64,000 nucleotides of DNA from a virus: positions 32,001-96,000 of the IMG/VR virus record IMGVR_UViG_3300028859_000011; one strand, written 5' to 3'. How positions within the stretch are numbered: the stretch's first letter is position 1; each line of letters begins with the position of its first letter. The notes below the pieces were generated by a model. It had not been told where the DNA came from. It saw only the letters and a list, made by a program, of their open reading frames with translations, and did no database searches. The position numbers were made by a program, and so were the translations under genes. Below, in pieces: positions 29,488 to 40,328 of the stretch.

Positions 29488-30257
29488 TGAGTAAAAAAGT
29501 TAAAGATTGGAATGCATTTATTTTAGAACAACAAAATATAGAAAATTCAAAATATTCAATATTTGATATTGATGATAATTTACTTATTATGAATACGCCT
29601 TTACATTTTCAACATTTTGAAAATGGTAAATGGACAAATAAAGATGTCTCAATTCAAGATTTTTCTAAAATACGTTCTAAATATCCGACAAACTATATTG
29701 ACAACAATGAATGGAAAGCAGATACTAAATATACATTTTCTGAATTTAGTGATAATGGGACAAGAGTAGATAACGCACTTGTCTATGATATTAAAAAAGC
29801 AATAAATAATAAAAATTTTGGACCATCATGGGAATCATTTTTAACAACTCTAAAAGAAGGTAGATTATTCTCTATTATAACAACAAGAGGACATGAACCT
29901 AATACAATTCGTTCAGCAGTTAAATATATAATAGATAGTGTATTAGATGAGAATTATAAAAATATTATGCTTACAAATATTCAAAAATATAATCAACTAT
30001 TCAAATTTGAATCAACTGATCAAATAGAAAATTATTTAGATTGCTGCTATTTTATTGGATTAATGTCTCAAGCATTTAAAGATGAATTTTATTTTACTCC
30101 AACAATGAAAACAAAAAATCAAGCTATACAAGATTCTACTAACAAATTTTCAAATTACGTTAAAGAAATTTCACCTGGTGCAATAGATAAATTTATGAGT
30201 TTGGAAAAATCATTAGATTTTCCAGAATTTTTTATGATATCTAATTCTAAAAGTTAA
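29487..30257 (+). CDS. HAD-superfamily-like protein
   Basis: IFDIDDNL (DxD motif I), IITTRG (motif II). Confidence 0.55.
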   Translation: MSKKVKDWNAFILEQQNIENSKYSIFDIDDNLLIMNTPLHFQHFENGKWTNKDVSIQDFSKIRSKYPTNYIDNNEWKADTKYTFSEFSDNGTRVDNALVYDIKKAINNKNFGPSWESFLTTLKEGRLFSIITTRGHEPNTIRSAVKYIIDSVLDENYKNIMLTNIQKYNQLFKFESTDQIENYLDCCYFIGLMSQAFKDEFYFTPTMKTKNQAIQDSTNKFSNYVKEISPGAIDKFMSLEKSLDFPEFFMISNSKS

Positions 30258-30354
30258 AAAATAATATTTTCATAAAAAATATCTTGAATAATTTTTTTAT
30301 TCAAGATATTTTTTTTATCTTTGTATTCTATAAACAACATAAAAATATAAAAAT

Positions 30355-32253
30355 ATGACTTTATCAGAAATTTATAAATTGTTAGATAATAACAAATTTA
30401 ACGAAGCTTCAATCGAAGTTAAAAAACTAAATCAGAAATATCGTAATGGAGAACCTGAAATAACTGATCCTGAATATGATAAGTTGATTTTAACATTTCA
30501 AAAATTAAATCCAGATAATGAAATATTTGAATCTGGCGTTATTGAAGATAGTGAAGATGTAAATCCAGATAGAAAAGAATCTTTGAAATATCCAATGTAT
30601 TCATTGGATAAATACCATACAATTGAAGAAATTCATAAATGGTTAAAAAATAAAGGACTACCTTTAGAAACAGAATTAGTCTGTACATCAAAATATGATG
30701 GAATGTCAATCCTTAAAGATGAATATAACCAACTTGCTTGGTCAAGAGGTGACGGTATAACTGGGGAATCAATGCACTTGCATTACACTAAGCTTAGAGA
30801 TAAAGGAGAACGAATTAATTTGTTCACTATTGGAGAAATGATTTTTCCAAAACCAGTTTTTAATAGTCATACCTTTTATAGAGACAACGGAGAACCATTT
30901 AAAAATGCTCGTAATATGATCGCAGGACTTAAAAATTCTGATACACCATCAGAAGATTTAAAATTTGCTAAACATATTCGTTATGGATATGCAAGTGAAG
31001 ATTTCACTCAAGATAAATCTGAACAATTAAAATTTATTAATGAAAATTTTTCTGATGTACCATATAAAATATTTAAAGCAAAAGATTTGGACTTTGATGA
31101 GTTGAATGAAATATTTATTGAATGGGGTAAAGAGTATGATATTGATGGACTTGTTTTTGATATTAATGATAAAGATATCAGAAAGAAACTTGGAAGAGAA
31201 ACTAATAATAATCCTGCATATGCAAGAGCATATAAAAATCCTCAATGGTCTGAAACCGCTGAAACAACAATTCTTGAAATTGTTAAAGAAGTCTCTAAGC
31301 AATCCTATCTGAAACCAGTTGCTCTCATAACTCCTGTGTTATTGGATGGCGCTCTTATATCTAGAGTGACATTAAATAACTATAAGTTTGTAAAAGATAA
31401 TGGCTTGGGTATCAATAGTTTAATAGAAATTACACGCAGCGGGGGTGTCATTCCTAAGTTGATTAGAGTGTTAAAATCAACTGGATTTGAAATGCCAACC
31501 TTTGGATCATCAAAAGTATTTTGGAATGAAACAGGTGTAGAATTAATGGTTGAAGGAACTGAAGAACAAGAGATAAAAAAACTCATTTCATTCTTTGAAA
31601 TTCTTGGTGCTGAAAATGTATCAGAAGGTATAATTAATCAATTATATAATGCTGGGTATAAAACTGTTAAACAAATACTAGAATTATCAAAAGAAGATTT
31701 AGAATCATTAGACCGCTTTGGAGATCGGAAATCATCTATAGTTTTTCAATCCATACATAAAGCAGTTACAAATGTTAAATTATCAAAATTGATGCACGCT
31801 TCAAATTTCTTTAAGAATCTTGGTAGTAAAAAGATTGAATTGCTGATGCATCTTGATTATAAACCATCACTTGATGAAATTTTAGCAATCAAAGGATTCT
31901 CAGATAAATCAGCACATGCATATCTTGATGCTTATGATACTTTTTATGAATGGCTTCAAGACAAACCTCAAATAACAATTGAAACAAAACAATTAAAAAA
32001 TAATATTATGAAAAATAAAGATTTAGAAGGACAAATTTTTGTATTCACAGGCTTTAGGCTTAAAAAAGGTAGTGAAGAAGAAAATTTATTTATTAAACAT
32101 GGTGGAAAAGAAGGGTCATCAATTTCAAAAAATACAACACATTTAGTTTGCAGTGATATTTCAAGTTCAAGTTCCAAGATGAATAAAGCAAAAGAATTCG
32201 GTGTGAAGATAATGTCTATTAGTGATTTTTATGAAATGCTTAAAAACTTATAA
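30355..32253 (+). CDS. ligA: NAD-dependent DNA ligase
   Basis: Y..G.P.ITD.EYD Ia domain, KYDG adenylation motif, DG, HhH repeats, C-terminal BRCT (FVFTG..SKNTTHLV). Confidence 0.92.
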   Translation: MTLSEIYKLLDNNKFNEASIEVKKLNQKYRNGEPEITDPEYDKLILTFQKLNPDNEIFESGVIEDSEDVNPDRKESLKYPMYSLDKYHTIEEIHKWLKNKGLPLETELVCTSKYDGMSILKDEYNQLAWSRGDGITGESMHLHYTKLRDKGERINLFTIGEMIFPKPVFNSHTFYRDNGEPFKNARNMIAGLKNSDTPSEDLKFAKHIRYGYASEDFTQDKSEQLKFINENFSDVPYKIFKAKDLDFDELNEIFIEWGKEYDIDGLVFDINDKDIRKKLGRETNNNPAYARAYKNPQWSETAETTILEIVKEVSKQSYLKPVALITPVLLDGALISRVTLNNYKFVKDNGLGINSLIEITRSGGVIPKLIRVLKSTGFEMPTFGSSKVFWNETGVELMVEGTEEQEIKKLISFFEILGAENVSEGIINQLYNAGYKTVKQILELSKEDLESLDRFGDRKSSIVFQSIHKAVTNVKLSKLMHASNFFKNLGSKKIELLMHLDYKPSLDEILAIKGFSDKSAHAYLDAYDTFYEWLQDKPQITIETKQLKNNIMKNKDLEGQIFVFTGFRLKKGSEEENLFIKHGGKEGSSISKNTTHLVCSDISSSSSKMNKAKEFGVKIMSISDFYEMLKNL

Positions 32254-33603
32254 TGATTTTTTACTTTTTTTCACATAATCTTTTATATTATTCTCCAATA
32301 GTTCATATAACCAACCTTTTTTATAGGCTGAGTTATATGCACCAGGAGCATTTTTTCTAAAATCACCGTGAGTTTTATATTTCCTGATTTCTTCTAAACA
32401 TTTATCATATGTCCAATAAAGTATTATTCCGCCTATTGAACCTGTTTTGTTTTTATTTAAAGCTTTCCAATTGTTAGTTTTATATTCATTTAAGATAATT
32501 TCTTCCATTTTTACAGCATCTTTAACATCTAAATAATCACTTTTTATTATAAAATTAGGTTGAATATTTGTATTCTTTATATATTTATAAATAGAATCTT
32601 TATCATCATTTAAATGTTGATAGTGTCGTCTATTTAAATCACATGTCAATCCAACATAACAAGTATTATCGGAAAATTCATAAACATACAATGCTCTTTT
32701 ATAAAAATTTGGCATTTTTTTCATATGTTCTAATAATTCACTCCAGCCATTATTATTTATTCTATAATAAGCGCCACCATTATCTTTTCTGAAATCTTTT
32801 AAATTGTCATATTTTAGTGCAACATCTTTACATTTATCATATGTCCAATAATTGGGTGGTTTTTGTTCTCTCAATTTTTCAATTATATCTAACCAACTAT
32901 GCCTATATATAGCATCAACTGCTCCAGGATATTTCTTATTGAAATCTTTTAAAGTTTTAAATTTTTTAGAATATTTTTTGCACTCATCATATGTCCATTC
33001 ATTTTTAATCTTACATTTCATATTATTAAGAATATCGTACCATTTATTTTTAAGTATTGATGTGTATGCACTTGAAGAATATTTTTTTAAATCATATTTA
33101 TATTCATATTTTAGTGATTCTTCTACACATTTATCATACGTCCATATTTTTGCATTTGGCATATGATTTAATAATTCGTTCCAATTATTTTTAAAAATTT
33201 TCCTATATACAGCCGAATGGTTTTTACTTAATTCTGTTCTATTTGAATAATTAGATGCAATATTTTTACATTCATCATAAGACCATCCACCAATTTTTAT
33301 AGTATAAAAGTCTTCAAGTAAATCGTTCCATTTATTATTTAAAATAACTTTATATATCCATTTGTTTTTAAATTCTGCGAGTTTTTTATATTTGGCTAAC
33401 TCTGTTTTACATTTCTCATAAGTAGTACAGTATCCGTTAATTTTTCTAATATCAATAAAATGTTTCGCCAATTCTATCCATTTATTTTTATAAATCAAGT
33501 TATATGCTGTTCCATATTTTTTTCTTAGTTCTTCTTTAGTATTACATTCTAACGCAGCTTCTTTACATTTTTCATATGTCCAATATCCATTTGGTTTCTT
33601 CAT
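32248..33603 (-). mobile_element. GIY-YIG-like homing endonuclease with 7 tandem WTYxxC repeats
   Basis: ALYVYEF.....YVGLT....RR..QH...E...N nuclease motif; six repeats before it and one after. Confidence 0.7.
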
Positions 33604-33605
33604 AT

Positions 33606-33764
33606 TTACAATTTTATTTTTTTAATTCTATCATCTGTATATTTTACATTAAGATCATTATATACCAGCCATTCTATATACTTTGATTTATTTGAAATTA
33701 GTTTTAGCATTAAGTTATCTAAGTCTTTATTTACCGTTATTCTTATATTTACTTTTTTATCCAT
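33606..33764 (-). CDS. Ribbon-helix-helix protein (not in the ORF track)
   Basis: MDKKVNIRITVNKDLDNLM...NKSKYIEWLV, 52 aa; homologous to 33867..34058. Confidence 0.65.
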   Translation of the reverse strand: MDKKVNIRITVNKDLDNLMLKLISNKSKYIEWLVYNDLNVKYTDDRIKKIKL

Positions 33765-33866
33765 GATATTTTTTATTCTATATATAAATATATTAAGGTC
33801 ATAAAAATGATTTTTTAGTGATTTAACAAACTATTTTAAAATATTTTTATATTATAAATAAAAACT

Positions 33867-34058
33867 ATGTCGAGACACAAATTATCAGAAGATATTAAGA
33901 AGCCTAAAATAAGCATAACATTAAATAGAGATTTGGATGTTATTTTACAAGATTATATAAAAGAGAATGATTTAAGTCGTTCAAAATATATTGAAAATCT
34001 CATAAAGAGTGATATGGAAAAACGGGGATATAAAATAAAGGAAGATTTTGAGAAATAA
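33867..34058 (+). CDS. Ribbon-helix-helix protein
   Basis: KISITLNRDLD...SRSKYIENLI. Confidence 0.7.
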   Translation: MSRHKLSEDIKKPKISITLNRDLDVILQDYIKENDLSRSKYIENLIKSDMEKRGYKIKEDFEK

Positions 34059-34059
34059 A

Positions 34060-34159
34060 TTTGGTAGGTATAAATAAATATATTATCTTTGTTGATATAA
34101 AAATAAACAAAAATATTGAACAATTAATTTGGTAATTAGAAATAAATATATTATCTTTG
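34060..34159 (+). promoter_or_regulatory. Tandem duplicated Bacteroidota-type promoters
   Basis: TTTG-N20-TATCTTTG at 34060/34084 and 34128/34152, 68-bp period. Confidence 0.8.
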
Positions 34160-34178
34160 TTGATATAAAAATATAATT

Positions 34179-34481
34179 ATGGGTTGGGGAACAGATTTTA
34201 CAGCAAATGTATATCTTAATAGAATGTCTTTTGAGGCTATTGAAGATGTAAGAAATAAAATTGATGAGAATATTAATGTTATTAATGATGCAAAGCAAAA
34301 AATAAAAATGTTTGTATCTTCTACTCCTATTGGTATTATACCAGATGAATGGAAAGAAGAGCCAATTAATTGGCTAAATTCAGAAATTGATATTTTATTT
34401 GAAATAATAGATGAATCAATTAAAGAAAATGTAATACTATATCAATATGTTAAATATTTAGAAAATAAATCTAGTTTATAA
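34179..34481 (+). CDS. Hypothetical protein
   Basis: MGWGT... ORF after the duplicated promoter. Confidence 0.6.
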   Translation: MGWGTDFTANVYLNRMSFEAIEDVRNKIDENINVINDAKQKIKMFVSSTPIGIIPDEWKEEPINWLNSEIDILFEIIDESIKENVILYQYVKYLENKSSL

Positions 34482-34559
34482 TAAGAAGTCTGCCGATTCA
34501 GGTTAAGATATACATATTTGGAGGGTGCACCCCCGCTATCAGAGATAGAAGACTACTTA
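34482..34559 (+). ncRNA. Candidate small structured RNA E2 (unclassified)
   Basis: TAAG-A-AGTC/GACT-A-CTTA closing stem, GGG-TGCA-CCC hairpin, motifs shared with E1. Confidence 0.5.
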
Positions 34560-34618
34560 TTATAAACTTATTATAAACTTATTGTTTTTCTTTTAGTATA
34601 TAAGAAAAAATTAAATTT

Positions 34619-34816
34619 ATGAATTATAATATAATAGTTTATCTTGATGATGAAACAGAAATAACAATACCTACTGAGTATGAAAATGAATACACATTAA
34701 GGCAAAATGTGACAGGAATAGGAAATAATGGAGTATGGCAACAATTTGATAAAGATTTCTTATTTATACCATCACATAGAATATTAAAAATCGAAGTAAA
34801 AGAAGATAAAAAATAA
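34619..34816 (+). CDS. Hypothetical protein
   Basis: IPSHRILKIE-type short beta protein. Confidence 0.55.
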   Translation: MNYNIIVYLDDETEITIPTEYENEYTLRQNVTGIGNNGVWQQFDKDFLFIPSHRILKIEVKEDKK

Positions 34817-34826
34817 AAAATAAAAT

Positions 34827-35063
34827 ATGAAAAAAAAGGAATATAAAATTCAAATGACTCTTTCAATTGAATCGGAAGACGCTGATTATGAAAGAGTAGA
34901 ACAATATGCACAAGAACTTTCAGAAAGTATTATGCAGGATAATACATTAGTGTATGATGATATAGAAATTGTAGAAACTGTAGTATCTGATGTACAAGAT
35001 CTTAATGATGATGAAGATATCAATAATTCATATAAAGAAGACGACGAAGAAGAAGGATATTAA
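34827..35063 (+). CDS. Acidic hypothetical protein
   Basis: D/E-rich intact ORF. Confidence 0.55.
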   Translation: MKKKEYKIQMTLSIESEDADYERVEQYAQELSESIMQDNTLVYDDIEIVETVVSDVQDLNDDEDINNSYKEDDEEEGY

Positions 35064-35105
35064 TTAAAAATATATTAAACAATAAAAAATTATAAATAAA
35101 AAATT

Positions 35106-35447
35106 ATGAACATTACAGAAAAATTATCAGAATTAACTGATCCAACAACTGAAAATCAAAAAGAATTTCTTAATGAGGTTAAAGAAATTAAAATTTTTGA
35201 TCTTAGTGAAACTGACAAATTAGCATTAATTGATTTCCTTTGTGAAAAAGCTGATCAAGATTTAGCTATTGATTATCTTTATCATGTGTTGGATAATGAA
35301 ATTTCATATCCAATTGATGATGAAAAAGTAAAATCTCTTTTCTCAGACGAAAGAATGCAGAAATTGAAAGATGTTATGCTATCACAACTTAATGATGAAG
35401 AAGAAGGAACAGAAGTTGAATCTGAAGATGAAACAACAGAAGCCTAA
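35106..35447 (+). CDS. Acidic hypothetical protein
   Basis: D/E-rich intact ORF. Confidence 0.55.
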   Translation: MNITEKLSELTDPTTENQKEFLNEVKEIKIFDLSETDKLALIDFLCEKADQDLAIDYLYHVLDNEISYPIDDEKVKSLFSDERMQKLKDVMLSQLNDEEEGTEVESEDETTEA

Positions 35448-35539
35448 TTAAAAAATCATTATAATAAACCTATAATTATCAAGTGCATTATACAATTTAC
35501 TTGATAATTATAGGTTTATTTAAAAAATATTGAGTTTCC

Positions 35540-35570
35540 TTTGGTAATTCAAAAACTTTCCTTATCTTTG
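35540..35570 (+). promoter_or_regulatory. Bacteroidota-type promoter upstream of clpP
   Basis: TTTG-N19-TATCTTTG. Confidence 0.8.
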
Positions 35571-35607
35571 TATCTAATCAATTAAATAATAACTAAAATA
35601 TTAAATT

Positions 35608-36357
35608 ATGCAGAAAAACGATTTCAAAAACTACGCTACTAAGCATTTACGTATGAATTCAACAGTGGTAGATAATGCAATAAAATATCAAATTAAGAAT
35701 TATGGACTAACCCCTATGATATTAGAAGAAAGAAAATTAAATGTTACACAATTATCTGTGTTTGATAGATTGCTTTTAGATAGAATTTTATGGGTCTCTG
35801 GAGAAGTAGATGATGTTATGTCAGATATTATTCAAGCACAATTGTTATATTTGGATAATGCAGAACCTGGAAAGGATATTACAATGCAAATTTCAAGTCC
35901 AGGCGGGTCAGTTATACAAGGACTTGGTATCATTGATGTAATGAACTGGATTAAGTCTGATGTGTCTACAGTCAATTTAGCAATGTGCGCGTCAATGGGG
36001 TCTGTTCTACTTTCTTCTGGTGAAAAAGGTAAACGTTCATCACTAATTAATGCTACCGTTATGTTACATCATGTTGCTGCTGGAACTAGTGGTAAAGTAG
36101 ATGACACTCGTATTAGTCAAATGGAGACTGAAAAATATAATTTTTTATTATTCAAGATTCTTTCTCAAAATACTGGAAAGCCGTTTGAAGAAATCCACAA
36201 TTTTTGTCAAAGAGATAAATGGTTAAATTCAGATCAAGCAGTACAATATGGTTTGATCGATACTATTATTGGATTAAAAGATGATAATTCAAATTCAATT
36301 ACCACTATGATGGATGGATTTAATGATTATTATGATAAATATGTATTAGATAAATAA
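35608..36357 (+). CDS. clpP: ATP-dependent Clp protease proteolytic subunit
   Basis: DRLLLDRILW, ISSPGGSV, ASMGS (Ser), MLHH (His), RDKW (Asp). Confidence 0.95.
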   Translation: MQKNDFKNYATKHLRMNSTVVDNAIKYQIKNYGLTPMILEERKLNVTQLSVFDRLLLDRILWVSGEVDDVMSDIIQAQLLYLDNAEPGKDITMQISSPGGSVIQGLGIIDVMNWIKSDVSTVNLAMCASMGSVLLSSGEKGKRSSLINATVMLHHVAAGTSGKVDDTRISQMETEKYNFLLFKILSQNTGKPFEEIHNFCQRDKWLNSDQAVQYGLIDTIIGLKDDNSNSITTMMDGFNDYYDKYVLDK

Positions 36358-36364
36358 AATTATT

Positions 36365-36889
36365 ATGACTGAAAAATTAGATAACTATTTAGTTAAAAAA
36401 TATCCAAAAATTTTCATAGATCGTTATGAAGGTATGACTAAGACTGCAATGTGTTGGGGATTTGAACATGGTGATGGTTGGTTTTGGATATTAGATCAGT
36501 TATGTTATTCTATTCAAAATTATATAGATAATAATAACGAATATAGATCTGATGATAAAAAAATCTCTCAAGTTGTTGCAACTCAAGTTAAAGAAAAATT
36601 TGGAACTTTAAGTTTCTATTTTAATGGAGGCGATGAACAAATAGATGGTATGGTAAGATTTGCTGAAAATATGTCTGCAAATACTTGTGAATTTTGTGGA
36701 TCAACTGAAAATATTGGATTTACAAAAGGATGGATATCAACAATTTGTAAATCTTGTTATGATAATTCAGACGATAGAATTAAAAATAGAATATGGTCTG
36801 AACATAAAAACAATCTATCTTATAGTGATACAATAAAAGCAGTAAGAAAAATTAAACTTGATAAAATAGACAACATTAAAAAAATATAA
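36365..36889 (+). CDS. Hypothetical protein with Zn-ribbon and RxxKL tail
   Basis: QVKEKFGTLSFY, CEFCG...C..C, ends VRKIKLDKI. Confidence 0.65.
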   Translation: MTEKLDNYLVKKYPKIFIDRYEGMTKTAMCWGFEHGDGWFWILDQLCYSIQNYIDNNNEYRSDDKKISQVVATQVKEKFGTLSFYFNGGDEQIDGMVRFAENMSANTCEFCGSTENIGFTKGWISTICKSCYDNSDDRIKNRIWSEHKNNLSYSDTIKAVRKIKLDKIDNIKKI

Positions 36890-37029
36890 GTCTTATAATC
36901 TATCAATGATATTATAGAATTTTAATCAATAATATAGAAAAATATTATATTAAACTTTATTTTATATTATTTATATATAGTACAAAGATACAAATATATT
37001 TTGATTAAACCAAATAATTATTGAATTTA

Positions 37030-38481
37030 ATGATCAAATCTTATAAATTTATCACCAACGCAAATGATATTAAAACAAAACACATTCAGGATAAATTATA
37101 TCCAGAGTGGCGTAGAGTAGCTGAAGTGTTAATAAATAAACATATGAATCATTACTATAAATATAATTCAATTTGTATTGATAACTCGCTCTACAAAGAC
37201 GTTTATACATTTCTAACTGAACGTTATAAAGATGCAATAAATAGACAAGTAGTTGGATTGTTTAAATCTAAAGTCAGTAATTTCAAGCGTAAATTCAACA
37301 AGATTGTACTATCAAGTAACTTAAGTAACGAAATAAAGAAAGATTTATGTTTAGTAAATAAAAGGAATTTATTTTTCATTAATGAAGACATTCATGGTAA
37401 AAATCACAAGGTAAATTACGAAACAATTAAACTTGGTCGTTGGATATTCAAGAACTTCTTTGGTAAATTACCATCATGCAAAAATATTAACATGGTACTT
37501 CAGTATAAAATTGCCGTCATTGAAACACCAACTGGCTTAAATTCTAATATAAAATATGTAATTAAATTATCATCAGGAAAAAAAAATATCAAAGGTAAAT
37601 TTTATTACATTCCTTTACTAAATAATAAATACGCTGACAAATTTGAAGGTAAACTTAATACTTCTTGTACATTAATATTCAAAGATCATAAATTCAATAG
37701 TGTATTGATAACTAAAGAATTAGATATTATTAAACCAGAATTAAGTAAAGTTAAATTATCGTTTGACATTGGATTAAATATTCTGTTAGCAACAAATAAT
37801 GGAGAAACCTACGGTAAATGGTACTTGAAAAAGTTAAAGAAATTAGATGATCAATTAATGATATTAACTAATCATTTGAAAGAAATTCATGGTAAGTATG
37901 TAAAGTTATCTGAGTTTAGTGAATATAATAAATTAGTTAATATGATTAGAGATTTCAGTAAAAACGAGATCAATCGGATATTTAATAAAATTTATAAAAA
38001 ATATAAACCAGAAACCTTAATCATGGAAGATTTAGATTTTAAAGGTAGTAACATTGGCAAAAAGAATAATCGTTTACTCCATAGATTTGGATTAAGTATT
38101 ATCAAGAGTAAACTTAATCAATTAAAAATAGATTACGGAGTTAAAATTAAATTTATTGATGCAGCTTACTCAAGCCAGACTTGTAGTAAATGTGGATATA
38201 TAGACAAAAATAATAGAAAATCACAGAAAGAATTTGAATGTCTTTGCTGTGGTAAAAAAATAAATGCTGATGTTAATGCAGGTAAAACATTATATAATTT
38301 CGAAGAACGTTTCGGCGAAAAATTGTTTTACACAGTTAATGACAGGAATAAGAAAAGAACCCTTTTGATCAATGATTTTATTGACAGTAAGGTATGGACG
38401 GATAATGAGAGGCTTATCCAAGCATTAAATAATAATCCTTACAAAAAAGATTATTATTTAATACTCCGTGAAAAATTATAA
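37030..38481 (+). mobile_element. tnpB: TnpB-like RNA-guided endonuclease, no adjacent transposase
   Basis: RuvC D (SFDIG), E (IMEDL), D (NADVNA); Zn finger SQTCSKCG...CLCCG. Confidence 0.85.
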
Positions 38482-38576
38482 AATTATAAATATTTATATA
38501 ATTTTCTATATTTTTTACAACTCTCCTGACTTATATCAAAAAATATAATCTAAATTAAAATTATAAAATAATTATT

Positions 38577-39080
38577 ATGAGTTATGAAGATATATTAAAT
38601 GCAATAGAACAATCTAAAGGAAGTTATATTGAGTTAATTATGGATTCTATCAGTAAATCTTTTTTAATAATGATCAAAAAAGATTTTATTAAATTTGGAT
38701 ATAGAATAATAATAGGCACAGAATATTTATCAGATATCGAAAAATTAAATAATTTCATAAAAAATATTAATGAAAAAACAATAATTTTTTTTGATAGTAT
38801 TTTTGTTCCAAAAAATAATGTAAAATTAAATTTATTTCTTAATTCTAGTTGTATTATAATATTTTTAAGTAAATACTCTAATAGTAAGCATAATTTTAAT
38901 TTTAATTATACATTATCATTTATGACATCATTAATAATATCAATAGTATCAAATAATTTAAGAGTATTAAAATCAAGATATACAAATACATATAACAATG
39001 AAATTTTAAATATTACCATATTATTAAGAAAAAATAAATTAGAAGAACTTGAGTATAACATAAAAAATAATAAAATATGA
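38577..39080 (+). CDS. Hypothetical protein, RxxKL tail
   Basis: LRVLKSRY motif; ends LRKNKLEEL. Confidence 0.5.
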   Translation: MSYEDILNAIEQSKGSYIELIMDSISKSFLIMIKKDFIKFGYRIIIGTEYLSDIEKLNNFIKNINEKTIIFFDSIFVPKNNVKLNLFLNSSCIIIFLSKYSNSKHNFNFNYTLSFMTSLIISIVSNNLRVLKSRYTNTYNNEILNITILLRKNKLEELEYNIKNNKI

Positions 39081-39475
39081 AAAACGTAAAAGAATTTGTA
39101 GAACAATTAGTTAAAATTGAGTTGATGGACGGTGAAGAATGTTATGGACATTATCCATTTCAATTATTTGTAGAAACCAGTGATGGTAAATTTGAAATGA
39201 ATGCATTAGCATTGGGAGGAGATGTTGAATCTTGTTATAATAGAGCTAAAAAATATTTTAATGAAGGTGCAAAAAAAGTATTTATGTCATTAGATTTTCC
39301 TGAATCAATAGACATTAATAATGATTTTGTTTGTATATACTCTATTGTAGATGGTGAATTTGATGTGTATGCAATTCCATATAATTTTGAAACAGGAGAA
39401 ATATATGATGAGATTCATGAAAGTGAAATATTGGATAAAATACTAGAAGATTTTAAATCAATTTGTTTAAAATAA
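39077..39475 (+). CDS. Hypothetical protein
   Basis: Intact ORF. Confidence 0.6.
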   Translation: MKNVKEFVEQLVKIELMDGEECYGHYPFQLFVETSDGKFEMNALALGGDVESCYNRAKKYFNEGAKKVFMSLDFPESIDINNDFVCIYSIVDGEFDVYAIPYNFETGEIYDEIHESEILDKILEDFKSICLK

Positions 39476-39491
39476 AAATAAATTCCTGAAG

Positions 39492-40283
39492 TTATAAAAT
39501 TTCAGGAATTTCTTTTTTTAATACATTATATATGTGATAATGTTTAATTCTCATCATAGCAACATTTTTTATTTCATTTTTCCAATTTGTATTCGATAAA
39601 ACTTCAATGATTCTACTTTTCAATTTATCATTATGTATAAATATTTTATATTCTCCAGCATATCTTTTATCATCTTTTGATAATATTTTTCCTGCACATC
39701 CTGATCCCCAATATACCATTCTCAAATCAAAATTATCAATATCATTATAGCCTTTATAAGTTTCTCTTATTATAGTCAAGTCCTTCATTTTAAAATCAGG
39801 CTTAGAATTTAATCCTTTTTCTGGCCTTTTATAAATATTTAAAACACAATGAATATTTCTATCTGTATAATACTGTAAACCTAAATCTTCACTATGAATA
39901 AGATCAAATTCATATAAGCTTGCAACGTTATTTAATTGAGAAATTGGTAAAATAAAAGATATATAATCTCCAAGTTCTATTGATTTTTTAAAAAATTTAT
40001 TAGCTAAAAACATTTTAGTACCATAAGGAGGATTACCAATAATTAATCTACCTTTTTTATATGGTATATTTAATTGTAGATAATCTTGATTAATTATATT
40101 TTTAGATTCTGGTTCAATATCATATGCAGTACAATTTAATTGATTAGAAAAAGAGCCATTACCAGCACTTGGTTCAATAATATCTGTAATAATATCATTA
40201 TTAAGTATTTCAAATGTTTTATCAATACAATATTTAGAAATTTCTATTGGGGTATAATACTTATCGTTCTCTATTTTAGACAT
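39492..40283 (-). CDS. DNA adenine (N6) methyltransferase
   Basis: DKYYTP, IEPSAGNGSF (SAM binding), IIGNPPYG catalytic motif. Confidence 0.85.
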   Translation of the reverse strand: MSKIENDKYYTPIEISKYCIDKTFEILNNDIITDIIEPSAGNGSFSNQLNCTAYDIEPESKNIINQDYLQLNIPYKKGRLIIGNPPYGTKMFLANKFFKKSIELGDYISFILPISQLNNVASLYEFDLIHSEDLGLQYYTDRNIHCVLNIYKRPEKGLNSKPDFKMKDLTIIRETYKGYNDIDNFDLRMVYWGSGCAGKILSKDDKRYAGEYKIFIHNDKLKSRIIEVLSNTNWKNEIKNVAMMRIKHYHIYNVLKKEIPEIL

Positions 40284-40328
40284 TCAATAAATTATTTTAA
40301 TTTATTATATGAAAAATAATGAAAAATG

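Noticed and set aside
36931-38512. Imperfect inverted repeats (AATATAGAAAA) flanking tnpB as element ends
   Set aside because: About 11-12 nt, almost all A/T, in a very AT-rich genome. TnpB elements do not normally use TIRs, so it is not distinguishable from chance.
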